Shown piece after piece: positions 1 through 10,409 of a stretch of 64,000 nucleotides of DNA. Source of the DNA: an uncultured cyanobacterium. GTDB lineage: Bacteria; Cyanobacteriota; Cyanobacteriia; PCC-6307; Cyanobiaceae. The DNA lies in assembly GCA_963772735.1 (NCBI GenBank), contig CAVYYO010000001.1:223581-287580 (forward strand). The letters are read 5' to 3'. The notes under the pieces are model-generated. The model saw nothing but the letters and a program-made list of their open reading frames with translations. It was not told the DNA's origin and searched no databases. A program made the position numbers and the translations under genes. How positions within the stretch are numbered: position 1 is the first letter of the stretch; each line of letters begins with the position of its first letter.

Positions 1-1
1 C

Positions 2-298
2 TTCGCCGCGGAGCTCCGCAACGAGATCGACGACAAGATCGCTGAGAGCGGCGGCAAGGTGGATCTGAACAACGCCTCGGTACGCCGTTTCCAGCAGTAC
101 CCCGGCATGTATCCGACCCTGGCCGGCAAGATCGTTCTGGGTGGTCCCTACGACAGCGTCGATGACGTTCTGAACCTTGATCTGACCGACCGGCAGAGAG
201 AACTGTTCAACAAGTACAAGGACAACTTCACCGTGACTCCCCCGGCGATCGCCCTCAACGAAGGCTTTGACCGCATCAACGACGGTGTCTATCGCTGA
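2..298 (+). CDS. psbU: Photosystem II 12 kDa extrinsic protein PsbU (5'-truncated by window edge)
   Basis: Open frame from base 2: ...KVDLNNASVRRFQQYPGMYPTLAGKIVLGGPYDSVDDVL...FDRINDGVYR, typical PsbU sequence. Confidence 0.95.
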   Translation, partial: FAAELRNEIDDKIAESGGKVDLNNASVRRFQQYPGMYPTLAGKIVLGGPYDSVDDVLNLDLTDRQRELFNKYKDNFTVTPPAIALNEGFDRINDGVYR

Positions 299-312
299 TC
301 CCACCCCAGAAG

Positions 313-368
313 CCGCCGGCAGCCCTGGCCCATCCTTCCCGACCGCCGTTCTGCCGGCGGTTTTTTTT
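313..368 (+). terminator. Intrinsic terminator after psbU
   Basis: 10-bp inverted repeat CCGCCGGCAG (313-322) / CTGCCGGCGG (351-360) followed by T8; loop is long (28 nt). Confidence 0.7.
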
Positions 369-443
369 GGCCCGGTTGTCGGCTGCGGCCGTTCCCATAG
401 GCTCTCCAGCACGATGCAGGGCGCCACGGGGTGAACCAGCCGC

Positions 444-2126
444 TTGGATGAACCGGATCCGCTGATGGCATCCCACTGGGACGTGGTGGTGGTCGGCAGT
501 GGGGCCGCCGGTCTGATGACCTGCCTGGAGCTGCCTTCCGATCTGAGGGTGCTGCTGCTGAGCAAATCCAGCAGCCCCCCCTCCGCCAGCCGCTGGGCCC
601 AGGGTGGCATCGCCGCCGTGACCGGGGCGGACGACAGCTTTGACAGCCACATCGCCGACACCCTCAGGGCCGGTGCCGGGCTGTGCGATCCGGAGGCGGT
701 GGAGGTGCTGGTGCGGGAAGCACCGGTCTGTGTGGAACGGCTGGTGCAACTGGGCATGGACTTCGATCGCACCTCCCAGGGGCTGAGCACCACCCTGGAG
801 GCGGCCCACAGCCACCGCCGGGTCCTGCATGCCCAGGACCGCACCGGTGGGGCCCTGGTGGATGCCCTGGAGCGGGAGGTGCGACGCCGCCCGGGCCTGG
901 AGCAACGCAAGGGCATTCCCGCCCTGCAGCTTTGGGTGGAGCACGGCCGCTGCGTCGGTCTGCAGGTGCTGGAGGGGTATCGACTGCGCTGGCTGCGGGC
1001 CGGCGCAGTGGTGCTCGCCAGCGGCGGGGGCGGTCATCTGTTCGCCCACACCACCAACCCCTCCCAGGCCAGCGGCGACGGCGTGGCCATGGCCTGGAGC
1101 GCCGGCGCAGCGGTGCGGGATCTGGAATTCGTGCAGTTCCATCCCACGGCGCTGATGCTGCCGGATGCCCCCCATTTCCTGATCAGTGAAGCGGTGCGCG
1201 GGGAGGGAGCCCGTCTCTTCGACGGGGCCGGCCGTTCCCCTGTGGCCCAGCTGGAGGGGGGCGATCTGGCCCCGCGCGATCAGGTGAGCCGTGCCCTCGC
1301 CCGCTGCATGGCCGAGCAGGGGGTGACCCATCTGTGGCTCGACCTGCGGCCGGTGGGCCGCGACCGTCTGGAGAGCCAGTTCCCGACCATCCTGCGCCGT
1401 TGCCGTGAACTGGGACTGGCACCCTGCGAGGCCCCGATTCCCGTGGCTCCGGCCGCCCACTACTGGATGGGGGGTGTCGGCACCGACCTGGAGGCGGCCA
1501 CCAGCGTGCCCGGCCTTTACGCCGTGGGGGAAGTGGCCAGCACCGGGGTGCACGGGGCCAACCGGCTGGCCAGCAACTCGCTCATGGAGTGCCTGGTCTT
1601 CGCCCGCCGGTTGCGTCGTCTGAAGCTGCAGCCGCTGCAGCCGCTGCCCTCCGCTCCGCCAGCTCCGCCAGGGCTAGAGGAGCCCGAAGCTCTGGCGAGC
1701 CCCGACGAAGCCGCCCTGATCAAGGCGATCGGGGAGCTGCGCCGGCTGTGCTGGCAGGTGGCCGGAGTGGAGCGGCGCGGCGTGGATCTGGCGGCCGCCC
1801 TGCGGCGGGTGCGGTGCGAACGCACCGGCCATGAGCGGGCACCCCTGCTGCGACGGGCCCACGATCTGCCGCCGGGCCAGGAGCTGGAACTGACCCCTTC
1901 CCAGGGCCGGCGCCTGCTGCTGCTGCAGGACCTGCGCCAGCGACTGGTGCTGGCGGAACTGCTGATGGAGGCCGCTGCCTTCCGGGCCGAGAGCCGCGGC
2001 GGCCATCACCGGACCGACGCGCCGGTGGCCCAGCCCTTCTGGCAACGCCACACGGTTCAGAGGAGGGGACAAAGCCCGCAGACGATGGCGGTGGGCCGGC
2101 CTCAGTTCGCCAGAGACCCCTTGTAG
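444..2126 (+). CDS. nadB: L-aspartate oxidase
   Basis: FAD motif VVVVGSGAAG, SRWAQGGIAA, LEFVQFHPT, LISEAVRGEG, APAAHYWMGG, GVHGANRLASNSL; start may be the ATG at 468. Confidence 0.95.
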   Translation: MDEPDPLMASHWDVVVVGSGAAGLMTCLELPSDLRVLLLSKSSSPPSASRWAQGGIAAVTGADDSFDSHIADTLRAGAGLCDPEAVEVLVREAPVCVERLVQLGMDFDRTSQGLSTTLEAAHSHRRVLHAQDRTGGALVDALEREVRRRPGLEQRKGIPALQLWVEHGRCVGLQVLEGYRLRWLRAGAVVLASGGGGHLFAHTTNPSQASGDGVAMAWSAGAAVRDLEFVQFHPTALMLPDAPHFLISEAVRGEGARLFDGAGRSPVAQLEGGDLAPRDQVSRALARCMAEQGVTHLWLDLRPVGRDRLESQFPTILRRCRELGLAPCEAPIPVAPAAHYWMGGVGTDLEAATSVPGLYAVGEVASTGVHGANRLASNSLMECLVFARRLRRLKLQPLQPLPSAPPAPPGLEEPEALASPDEAALIKAIGELRRLCWQVAGVERRGVDLAAALRRVRCERTGHERAPLLRRAHDLPPGQELELTPSQGRRLLLLQDLRQRLVLAELLMEAAAFRAESRGGHHRTDAPVAQPFWQRHTVQRRGQSPQTMAVGRPQFARDPL

Positions 2127-3028
2127 CCGCTCAACTCGGCCAGCTGGACAAGGGACTTCTGGCCGGAATCGAGCTTGCCCTTGATTTCCCAGGTCGGGAA
2201 GCCCTCGATCTTCTTGGAGGCACAGAGAGCGGCCTGGCTGTTGCGCCCATCGGGAGCACACTCGATGATCTTGAGTTTCGCCGCGGCCTCCTTGCCGAAC
2301 AGTTGCTTCTGGTCGTGGCAGTGGGGGCACCAGTAGGCCGAGTACATCACCGCCCCGCTGGCGGTGAGGTGGTCGGCCAGGGCCAGGGTGGACGGGGTGC
2401 TGGCGGAGGTGACGGGAATGGGCATACCTGGGCCTGTGACCGATTCGGGCCGGTTCACGGACGTGGCCCAGCCCAGCCCGATCAGCCCGACCGCCAGGGC
2501 GGTGAGCACACCGCGGAAGATGAGGGCTCCGGTGTCCTCCCATTCACCGCCGATCAGGCTGAGCACGAACAGGGAGACGCTCAGCAACGCCGAGATCAGG
2601 CAGAAGGTGCAGAACGCCTTGATCTGGAAGGTCATCACGCCGATCAGCACGAGGCTGAAGATCGCCATGCCGGCGGAGAGCAGGAAAAGGCCCCACCAGC
2701 TGAGCCGGTTGAGGCGGGTGCGGGCCTCACCCTGCAGCACCAGGGGCAACACCGCCATGAGCAGCACCGCCCCGTAGGCCAGAAAGCCGAAGAGGGAGAG
2801 GGGCTGGCCGAAGAGGCTCCCCCACGGGCTGTTGAGCACCTTGTCGCAGCCTTCCGCCCCGCCTGGGCAGCTCAGGTTGCCGATCAGACCCCAACGCTTG
2901 AGGGTGATCGCCCCGGTGTCGATGACGCCGATGGTCGCGAGGACCGACATGACGACCCGGACCCAGCGGCGACCGGGCTCCGGGCGGCGGCGACTCGTGA
3001 GGCGACTGGCGAGGCGGGTGGAGGTCAC
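2102..3028 (-). CDS. VKOR-thioredoxin fusion (LTO1-type thiol oxidoreductase)
   Basis: TM segments with CPGGAEGC and CTFC, C-terminal Trx-like domain with WCPHC; GTG start at 3028 is inferred. Confidence 0.9.
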   Translation of the reverse strand: MTSTRLASRLTSRRRPEPGRRWVRVVMSVLATIGVIDTGAITLKRWGLIGNLSCPGGAEGCDKVLNSPWGSLFGQPLSLFGFLAYGAVLLMAVLPLVLQGEARTRLNRLSWWGLFLLSAGMAIFSLVLIGVMTFQIKAFCTFCLISALLSVSLFVLSLIGGEWEDTGALIFRGVLTALAVGLIGLGWATSVNRPESVTGPGMPIPVTSASTPSTLALADHLTASGAVMYSAYWCPHCHDQKQLFGKEAAAKLKIIECAPDGRNSQAALCASKKIEGFPTWEIKGKLDSGQKSLVQLAELSGYKGSLAN

Positions 3029-3165
3029 GTTGACGGTCGAAAGGTGGCCCGATTCTCGCAGCAGTGGGGGGTTGCATAGGGTGGACATCGGCGTTTGCCG
3101 CCCACTCCCCCAGGTCAGGCCCCCCTCCGGCCGTCCCCCAGCCCCCTCTCCGCAGCCGACGCGCC

Positions 3166-4560
3166 ATGCCCCCCCAGCCCAGCCGAGAAAGGCCCACCGT
3201 GGCCTTCACCCACCTCGGTTGCGAGAAGAACCGGGTGGATACCGAGCACATGCTCGGGCTGCTGGCCGAGGCGGGCTACGGCGTCAGTGCCGACGAGAGC
3301 GAGGCCCGGGTGGTGGTGGTCAACACCTGCAGCTTCATCCAGGACGCCCGTGCCGAATCGGTGCGCACCCTGGTGGAGCTGGCCGAACAGGGCAAGGAAC
3401 TGATCATCGCCGGCTGCCTGGCCCAGCACTTCCAGCAGGAACTGCTGGAGTCCCTGCCCGAGGCCCGGGCGATCGTCGGCACCGGCGACTACCAGCACAT
3501 CGTGGAGGTGCTTGAGCGGGTGGAGGCGGGGGAGCGGGTCAACCGGGTCAGCCCGGTGCCCACGTTCGTGGGCGACGAGCACCTGCCCCGTTACCGGACC
3601 ACCTCCGAAGCGGTGGCCTATCTCAAGGTGGCCGAGGGCTGCGACTACCGCTGCGCTTTCTGCATCATCCCGAAACTGCGGGGCGACCAGCGTTCCCGAA
3701 CCATCGAATCCATCGTGGCGGAGGCCCGCCAACTGGCGGAGCAGGGGGTGAAGGAACTGATCCTGATCAGCCAGATCACCACCAACTACGGTCTCGACCT
3801 CTACGGGAAGCCCCGGCTGGACGACCTGCTGCGGGCCCTGGGAGACGTGGAGATCCCCTGGATCAGGGTGCACTACGCCTATCCCACCGGCCTCACCGAA
3901 GCGGTGCTGGCCGCCTACCGGGAGGTCCCCAACGTGCTGCCCTATCTGGATCTGCCGCTCCAGCACAGCCACCCCGAGGTGCTGAAGGCCATGAATCGCC
4001 CCTGGCAGGCCGGGGTGAACGGAGCCCTGCTGGGTCGGATCCGGGACCGGCTGCCCGACGCCGTGCTGCGGACCACCTTCATCGTCGGCTTTCCCGGTGA
4101 GACCGAGGAGCACTTCGAGCATCTGCTGGCGTTCGTCGCCGAGCAGCGCTTCGATCACGTGGGAGTGTTCACCTTCTCTCCCGAGGAGGGCACCGCCGCC
4201 GCCACGCTGAGCGACCCTGTCCCCCCCGAGATCGCCGCCGAGCGCCGGGACCGGCTCATGGCCCTGCAGCAGCCGATCGCCGCTGATCGCAACGCCTCCT
4301 GGGTGGGCCGGATCGTGGACGTGCTGATCGAGCAGGACAACCCTTCCAGCGGCGAGATGCTCGGCCGCTGCACCCGCTTCGCCCCGGAGGTGGACGGGGA
4401 GGTGCATGTGAGCCCCGGGGCAGGGGGCCTCTGCGCCGCTCCAGGGACCATGGTGCCGGTTCGGATCACCGCCGCCGACACCTACGACCTGTGCGGTGAG
4501 GTGGTGGGTGCCGCGGCAATGGTGGCCGAGGCCCAGGGCGCCGCGCGGAGCCAGGCTTGA
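3166..4560 (+). CDS. rimO: Ribosomal protein S12 methylthiotransferase
   Basis: [16 protein letters not shown], radical SAM motif [14 protein letters not shown] domain with APEVDG. Confidence 0.95.
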   Translation: MPPQPSRERPTVAFTHLGCEKNRVDTEHMLGLLAEAGYGVSADESEARVVVVNTCSFIQDARAESVRTLVELAEQGKELIIAGCLAQHFQQELLESLPEARAIVGTGDYQHIVEVLERVEAGERVNRVSPVPTFVGDEHLPRYRTTSEAVAYLKVAEGCDYRCAFCIIPKLRGDQRSRTIESIVAEARQLAEQGVKELILISQITTNYGLDLYGKPRLDDLLRALGDVEIPWIRVHYAYPTGLTEAVLAAYREVPNVLPYLDLPLQHSHPEVLKAMNRPWQAGVNGALLGRIRDRLPDAVLRTTFIVGFPGETEEHFEHLLAFVAEQRFDHVGVFTFSPEEGTAAATLSDPVPPEIAAERRDRLMALQQPIAADRNASWVGRIVDVLIEQDNPSSGEMLGRCTRFAPEVDGEVHVSPGAGGLCAAPGTMVPVRITAADTYDLCGEVVGAAAMVAEAQGAARSQA

Positions 4561-5786
4561 GCCCCAGCCCCGGCGGGAGCTGGCTGCGTCGGCATCAGCG
4601 CCCTCTCTTTCTGCTGGCCTCGGGCCTCAGCACCTCCGGATCCTTCGCCGGCCTGACGGCCAAGGGTTGGATCCTCATGGCCGGTACCGGAAACCCGTTG
4701 CTCCTCGCCCTGCACTTCGCCGCCCTGGCCCTGCCCAGCCTGGTGGTGAGTGGACGGGCGGGGGTGCTCACGGACCGGCTGGGCTGCGAGAGGGTGCTGA
4801 TCCGGGCCCAGTGGGGGCTGTTCGCCGGGGCGGGCCTGGGGGCCCTGGCGATCCCCCTGCTCGCGGGGATGGGCCAGGTGGTTCTGCTGCTGTTGAGCAC
4901 CCTGGTGGTGGGGGTGTCCAGCTCCTTCGAACTGACGGCTCGCAGCAAGTACTGCTCCCTGCTGGTGGAACGGCCGGAGCAGGTGGCGCCCTACCTGGCC
5001 AGCTTCTCGGTCGTGTTCAACGTCGGCAAGCTGGTGGGTCCTCCGCTCGGGGGCTGGCTCGTGGCTCTCTCCGGCCCCGCCATGGCCCTGGCGATCGATG
5101 CCGCTTCCTATCTGCTGCCGATCGCCACCGTGCTCTGGCTGCTGCGGCCCCACCGGGAACTGGAACAGCGCAGCTCCGCCGGTGAGGGGGCCAGCCTGGG
5201 GGCCGCCTGGCGGGGCTGCGGTTCGACCCTGCGCCATGTGCTGCGCTTCACCACCCTGGCCTGCCTGGTCGGCTTCTTCCATCCGGGCCTGGCCCCGCTG
5301 ATCGCGGCTGAAATGATCGGCCCCTCCCCCCAGGCCCTCGGCCTGTTCACCAGCGTGCTGGCGGCCGGCAGCATCTGTGGGGGTGTCGCGCTGCAGAGGA
5401 ACAGCATCGCCTTCAGCGAGCGGCCGGTGCTGCTGCTGGGGACCTGCGCCGTGACGGTGGCCCTGGCCCAGCTGGGGATGGCTGCGGCCTCCGGGGAGAC
5501 CTTCGCCCTGGCGATGGCCTTCCTGATCGGTGCCGGCACGGCCGGCCTGCTGGCGGGCTCCAACCTGGTGCTTCAGGTGGGAGCCCCGATGGCTTTGAGG
5601 GGACGCATGGCCGGCCTGGGGCAGATCGCCTTCCTGGGGGGCGGAGGCATCAGCGGCCTGGCGGCGGCAGGGCTGACCATGACCCTGGGGCTGCCTACCA
5701 CCTTCGCCCTGCTGGGAGGCCTGGGCCTGGTGATCGGCGTGTGGGAACTGGGGCGAAGAGGGACTCTGCGGCTCAGATCAGCTTGA
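4557..5786 (+). CDS. MFS transporter
   Basis: About 12 hydrophobic segments, MFS motif A-like [14 protein letters not shown]; overlaps the rimO stop. Confidence 0.85.
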   Translation: MSPSPGGSWLRRHQRPLFLLASGLSTSGSFAGLTAKGWILMAGTGNPLLLALHFAALALPSLVVSGRAGVLTDRLGCERVLIRAQWGLFAGAGLGALAIPLLAGMGQVVLLLLSTLVVGVSSSFELTARSKYCSLLVERPEQVAPYLASFSVVFNVGKLVGPPLGGWLVALSGPAMALAIDAASYLLPIATVLWLLRPHRELEQRSSAGEGASLGAAWRGCGSTLRHVLRFTTLACLVGFFHPGLAPLIAAEMIGPSPQALGLFTSVLAAGSICGGVALQRNSIAFSERPVLLLGTCAVTVALAQLGMAAASGETFALAMAFLIGAGTAGLLAGSNLVLQVGAPMALRGRMAGLGQIAFLGGGGISGLAAAGLTMTLGLPTTFALLGGLGLVIGVWELGRRGTLRLRSA

Positions 5787-5865
5787 CGCCCTTGAGCACG
5801 ACGGTGGCCAGGAAGGCGGCGGTGAGCCCGCCGCCGACCAGTGCCAGATAAAAGACCACACCCAC
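5773..5865 (-). CDS. petL: Cytochrome b6f subunit PetL (30 aa)
   Basis: GTG-started single TM peptide [30 protein letters not shown] with the PetL-type KLI C-terminus. Confidence 0.8.
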   Translation of the reverse strand: MGVVFYLALVGGGLTAAFLATVVLKGVKLI

Positions 5866-6061
5866 GGCCGCTGCTGCGAGGAACGAGGCCATTACAGCAG
5901 AGGATCCGCCGTCCCCCATCGGGGCCCGGGCCAGGGTCGATGGGCGAAAACCTTCCGCGAAACCCGAAACCACCTAGTGTTGCGGCACCCCGGAGCCTGC
6001 TCCCGTTTCACGCCCGTCTGCCGCGCAAGCGCCCAAGGCCCCTTCGCAACGCACCTCCAGC

Positions 6062-7669
6062 ATGCGCACCCTCTTCATCTATCCCGAATTCCCGAAGACG
6101 TTCTGGAGTTACGAAAAGATCCTCGAGCTGGTCAACCGCAAGGTGCTCCTGCCACCGCTGGGGATGGTCACCGTGGCGGCCCTGCTGCCCCAGACCTGGG
6201 AGATGAAGCTGGTGGACCGCAATGTCCGGGAAGTGACGGAAGCGGAGTGGGACTGGGCGGAGCTTGTGGTGATCTCCGGCATGATCGTCCAGAAGGCCGA
6301 CATGGCCGCCCAGATCGGCCGAGCCAAGCAGCGGGGGCTGCCGGTGGCGGTGGGGGGACCCTTCGCGAGCTCCACCCCGGATGCCCCCGAGCTCCAGCTG
6401 GCCGATTTCAAGGTGCTCGACGAGGGGGAGATCACCCTGCCGATGTTCATCGAGGCGATCGAGCGTGGTGACCGCCAAGGGCGGTTCAGCTCGAACGGGG
6501 AGAAGCCGGATGTGACCGGTACTCCGATCCCCCGCTTCGATCTGCTGGAGCTGGACGCCTACGACTCCATGTCGGTGCAGTTTTCGCGCGGCTGCCCGTT
6601 CCAGTGCGAGTTCTGCGACATCATCGTTCTCTACGGCCGCAAACCGCGCACCAAGACGCCTGAGCAGCTGGTGGCGGAACTCCAGGCCCTCTACGACCTG
6701 GGCTGGCGCCGCTCGATCTTCCTGGTGGACGACAATTTCATCGGCAACAAGCGCAACGCCAAGCTGCTGCTGCCGGAAATCAAGCGCTGGCAGATCGAGC
6801 ACCGCTACCCCTTCAGCTTCGCCACCGAGGCCTCGGTGGATCTGGCCTCCGACGAGGAAATGATGCAGATGATGGCGGAGGCCCGCTTCGACAGCGTCTT
6901 CCTGGGCATCGAGACCCCCGATGAGGCGAGCCTGGAAACGGCCCGCAAGCTCCAGAACACCCGCAGCTCCCTGGAGGAATCCGTCGACCGGATCACCTCC
7001 TACGGCATCCGGGTCATGGCCGGTTTCATCATCGGTTTCGATGGCGAGAAGGAGGGCGCCGGCGACCGGATCGTGGAATTCGTCAGCCGCACAGGAATCC
7101 CCGCCGCGATGATGGGCATGCTGCAGGCCCTGCCCAACACCGGGCTGTGGCACCGCCTGGAGAAGGAAGGCCGGCTGATCCAGGAGAAAGCGGACGCCAA
7201 GGGCGTCAACCAGACCAACCTGCTCAACTTCGTGCCCACCCGCCCGATCCGCCAGATCGCGAACGAGTACGTCGACGCCTTCTGCCGCCTCTACGAACCC
7301 AACGCCTACATCGACCGGGTCACGCACTATTACCTGAAGATGGGGCTGCCCCGCTGGCAGCAGTACGTGCCAGCAGCCCTCGGCAAGCCGAGCCTGCCCA
7401 GCTGGACCGACGTCCGGGCCCTTCTGATCGTGATCTGGCGCCAGGGTCTCAAGCGGGACACCCGTGGCCGCTTCTGGCGTTCGCTGCTCACCATCGCCCG
7501 CCGCAACCCCAACAATCTGGAGCAGTTCCTGGTCACCCTCGCCCACAACGAGCACTTCCAGGAATACCGGGGGGTGGTCACCCGCGAAATCCAGGAGCAA
7601 CTGGCCTCCCTGCCTCCCGAGCCCCCGGAAGGCTCCCGCGAAGCCACCCGGGAACTCCAGCCCGCCTAG
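6062..7669 (+). CDS. B12-binding radical SAM protein (DUF4070-type C-terminus)
   Basis: N-terminal [10 protein letters not shown] / LPPLG cobalamin-binding region, [11 protein letters not shown] motif. Confidence 0.88.
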   Translation: MRTLFIYPEFPKTFWSYEKILELVNRKVLLPPLGMVTVAALLPQTWEMKLVDRNVREVTEAEWDWAELVVISGMIVQKADMAAQIGRAKQRGLPVAVGGPFASSTPDAPELQLADFKVLDEGEITLPMFIEAIERGDRQGRFSSNGEKPDVTGTPIPRFDLLELDAYDSMSVQFSRGCPFQCEFCDIIVLYGRKPRTKTPEQLVAELQALYDLGWRRSIFLVDDNFIGNKRNAKLLLPEIKRWQIEHRYPFSFATEASVDLASDEEMMQMMAEARFDSVFLGIETPDEASLETARKLQNTRSSLEESVDRITSYGIRVMAGFIIGFDGEKEGAGDRIVEFVSRTGIPAAMMGMLQALPNTGLWHRLEKEGRLIQEKADAKGVNQTNLLNFVPTRPIRQIANEYVDAFCRLYEPNAYIDRVTHYYLKMGLPRWQQYVPAALGKPSLPSWTDVRALLIVIWRQGLKRDTRGRFWRSLLTIARRNPNNLEQFLVTLAHNEHFQEYRGVVTREIQEQLASLPPEPPEGSREATRELQPA

Positions 7670-8049
7670 TCCTGCACGTAGGGAAGGCCCTGCACCAGGC
7701 AGAGCTCCGCCTTCTGCAGCTCCCTGCCCAGGTACAGGGCGTGGTCGAGCCTCGAGAGGGGATGGGGGCCCTCCCCCTCGGTGAGAGCGATCCCCAGTTC
7801 CTTGGCACTGCGGCCCCGGTAGGTGGCCGTGGGCGTGCGCGGGTCCCCGCCCCGACAGCTGAGCACCTCACCGCTGTCGGGATCGGTGGCCAGTCCCCGT
7901 TCGTCGATGGCGTTGGCGTAATGCTCGGCGATCAGCTCACCGGCGGCGGCATCGACCTTGATCAGGAAGTAGCCCGAAGGGTCGAGGGCGATGAAGCGGC
8001 GGGAGAGCGCCTCATCCAGGCTCTGGCGTGGGTTCGGGTCGGGGTGCAT
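7666..8049 (-). CDS. DUF4346 domain protein
   Basis: LDPSGYF and LDHALYLGREL motifs. Confidence 0.85.
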   Translation of the reverse strand: MHPDPNPRQSLDEALSRRFIALDPSGYFLIKVDAAAGELIAEHYANAIDERGLATDPDSGEVLSCRGGDPRTPTATYRGRSAKELGIALTEGEGPHPLSRLDHALYLGRELQKAELCLVQGLPYVQD

Positions 8050-9241
8050 GGGGAGGATCGTAGGCAGCGGTGAATGGAAGCTCCGCATTCACCGCCGCGA
8101 TCTCCCGGCGCATCTCCCGGTTGGCGCCGGGCAGCCAGTCGCGCAGGATGGCGTCGAAGCGGGGGTCGTACCAGCGATGCAGGCTGGCCCTCGGCTGGGC
8201 CACGAAGCCCCGGCGCCGCTTGTGGCTGCCGCCGGCCCCGGGATCGAAACTCTCCAGGCCCCGTTCGATGGCCCAGGCGATCGGAGCGTAGTAACAGACC
8301 TCGAAGTGGAGATTGTCGAGGTCGATGTCGCTGCCCCAGTAACGGCCCCAGAGCCCGGTGGCGTCATGAACGCACAGGGACATGGCCAGGGGCTCCATCG
8401 GGTCGCCCCGATGGGCACTGAACAGGACCAGATGCTGGCGCAGATCAGCGGCGGCGGCCCGGAAAAAGGCGCCGGTGAGGTACTTGCTGCCCCAGGGTCC
8501 CCAGCGGCTGCAGTGCTGTTCGTAGAAGTCGTGCATCCTCTCGAGCAGGGCCGGAGGGATCGCCTCCCCCGCCAGGGGGGTGACCGTCACTCCCGCTGCG
8601 GCCACCGACCTGCGCTCCCGGCGGATGTTGCGGCGCTGGTTGGCGTTGAAGCTCGCCAGATAGGCCTCGAAATCATGATGGCCCGGGTTGCGCCATTCGC
8701 TCTGCTGGTTGATCCACGGTGCACAGCCCGCCGCTTCCGCCAGGGGCTGCCAGAGCGGATCCACGTAAAGGAAATTGCAGCTCAGGATCCGCTGCCGGCG
8801 ACAGAAATCGTCGATCTCCGCCAGCATCCGCCGGGTGAGGAACTCCGGATCCTCTCCGCAAGCGAAATGGAAGCGATAGCCCTGCACCGGGCTCACCGGG
8901 CTCATGCCGACCAGTTTGGGGTAGTAGCGCAGGCCGAGCTGTCCGCCGAGCTGGGCGAACGACTGATCGAAGATGAATTCTCCATAGCTGTGGCCTTTCA
9001 GGTACAGCGGTGCCAGGGCCACCAGCCGTTCCTGGCGCCAGAGCCCCAGGTGGCAGGGCTGCCAGCCCTGACGGGGCACGATGCTGCCGCTGGCCTCCAG
9101 ATGGTGCAGCCAGCGCCAGCCGTAGAAGGGGAGGGTCCCGCCATCGCCGGCCGCCTCGGCAGGGCCGGCCACCAGCGCCTGCCACTGGTCTTCGGGGACC
9201 TCCCGTGTCGCCTGGTGCCAGCGGGCTTGCAGCTCGTCCAT
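8012..9241 (-). CDS. GNAT / FemAB-like protein (DUF482 family)
   Basis: PLYLKGHSYGEFIFD, LWGRYWG, LHFEVCYY, FDPGAGGSHKRRRGF. Confidence 0.88.
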   Translation of the reverse strand: MDELQARWHQATREVPEDQWQALVAGPAEAAGDGGTLPFYGWRWLHHLEASGSIVPRQGWQPCHLGLWRQERLVALAPLYLKGHSYGEFIFDQSFAQLGGQLGLRYYPKLVGMSPVSPVQGYRFHFACGEDPEFLTRRMLAEIDDFCRRQRILSCNFLYVDPLWQPLAEAAGCAPWINQQSEWRNPGHHDFEAYLASFNANQRRNIRRERRSVAAAGVTVTPLAGEAIPPALLERMHDFYEQHCSRWGPWGSKYLTGAFFRAAAADLRQHLVLFSAHRGDPMEPLAMSLCVHDATGLWGRYWGSDIDLDNLHFEVCYYAPIAWAIERGLESFDPGAGGSHKRRRGFVAQPRASLHRWYDPRFDAILRDWLPGANREMRREIAAVNAELPFTAAYDPPHAPRPEPTPEPG

Positions 9242-9320
9242 GGCCGGTGGCGACGCAGGGGGACAGGGCAGGCGCAAAACTAACGGTTGTCTCCCTGCGA
9301 CCGAGCGTCCTTCTCCCGTC

Positions 9321-9755
9321 ATGGCCAAGCCCCTGCGGATCCTGATGCTCCTGGCCGCCGCGACGGCGATGGCGGCCCCGCCGCCCGCCCGGGCCGGCCT
9401 GTTGCGGCCGGTGCTGATGCTGCTGCGGCCCCGGCTGGAGAACCAGCTGACCCGGGTCTGCGTGGAGACGGCCTCCGCCGGCCGGGAGGATCTGGAGAGG
9501 ACCCTGCAGGATCCATGCCGGAAGCTGGCGGTGCCCACCAGCAAATGTCTGATCGAGGAGACCGACAGCAGCGGACGCAGCCTCGGGGTGCTCACCGAGA
9601 TGATCAGCGGCCGTTTCGGCGATGACAGCGAGGAGGTGGTGAAGCGCTGCCTGGCGCGGATGTTCGGACTGCCCACCGACAGCCTGCGGGACGTTCCGCT
9701 GCGGGAACTGGGCAAACGCTTCGGCGAAAGCAACCTTCAGGAACTCGCGCCCTGA
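9321..9755 (+). CDS. Hypothetical exported protein
   Basis: Signal peptide ending AxA (PARA/G), four Cys residues, fills the gap between flanking genes, GC3-rich codons. Confidence 0.7.
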   Translation: MAKPLRILMLLAAATAMAAPPPARAGLLRPVLMLLRPRLENQLTRVCVETASAGREDLERTLQDPCRKLAVPTSKCLIEETDSSGRSLGVLTEMISGRFGDDSEEVVKRCLARMFGLPTDSLRDVPLRELGKRFGESNLQELAP

Positions 9756-10409
9756 GCCTCGGGCCGCTGCCAGCGCAGCAGCAGCTCCTGGCCGGGCAGC
9801 GCCCGATGCTCCATCAGCCGCCACCCCGCCCGGGCCCCCGGCGGCACCGGAGCCCGGGCCGGAAGCCAGCCATGGGGACCGCCGAGCAGCAGGGGACAAA
9901 CGGTGAGCTGAAGTTCATCCAGCAGGTCCTCCGCCGCCAGAGAGGCCGCCAGCCTTGCCCCCCCCAGCACCACCAGCCTCCGCTGGCCCAGTTCCCCCAG
10001 TCTCGCGAGGGCCTGGCGCCAGCTGCCCAGGTTCAGGCGATGCTGAAATCCAGCCGGCGGGGTGCCGGGGGGAACCGGTGGCGCCTGCAGCAGCCAGCGC
10101 TCCAGGGGCTGGGAAAAGAAGGGCAGATCGGAGGGCAGCCGGCCGCTGCGGCTGACTGCCACGGCGACAGGCTGGGCCCCCCGACCCTGACGATCGTCGT
10201 TGCTCCAGCAGGTCATCCCCATGGATCAGGCAGGTGCCGCCGTGGCGCCGCAGGGTCTCGGCCCCCACCAGGGCCGCATCAGCCCAGGCCAGGGACTCCT
10301 CCAGCACCCGGCGGTCGCCCGCCCCGCCCAGCTGGGCGGGACCACCCTCCGGCGCAGCGAGCCGCCCATCGACGCTGACCGCCAGCACCAGACGGAGTTC
10401 AGGGGTCAA
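9737..10409 (-). pseudogene. RibD C-terminal / DHFR-like reductase interrupted by a +1 frameshift at about 10177-10195
   Basis: N-half (LVLAVSVDGRLA...DRRVLEESLAWADAALVGAETLR) and C-half (QPVAVAVSRSG...VLGGARLAASL...LDELQLTVCPLLLGG) lie in different frames; TTG-to-stop span is 673 nt = 224 codons + 1. Confidence 0.8.
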
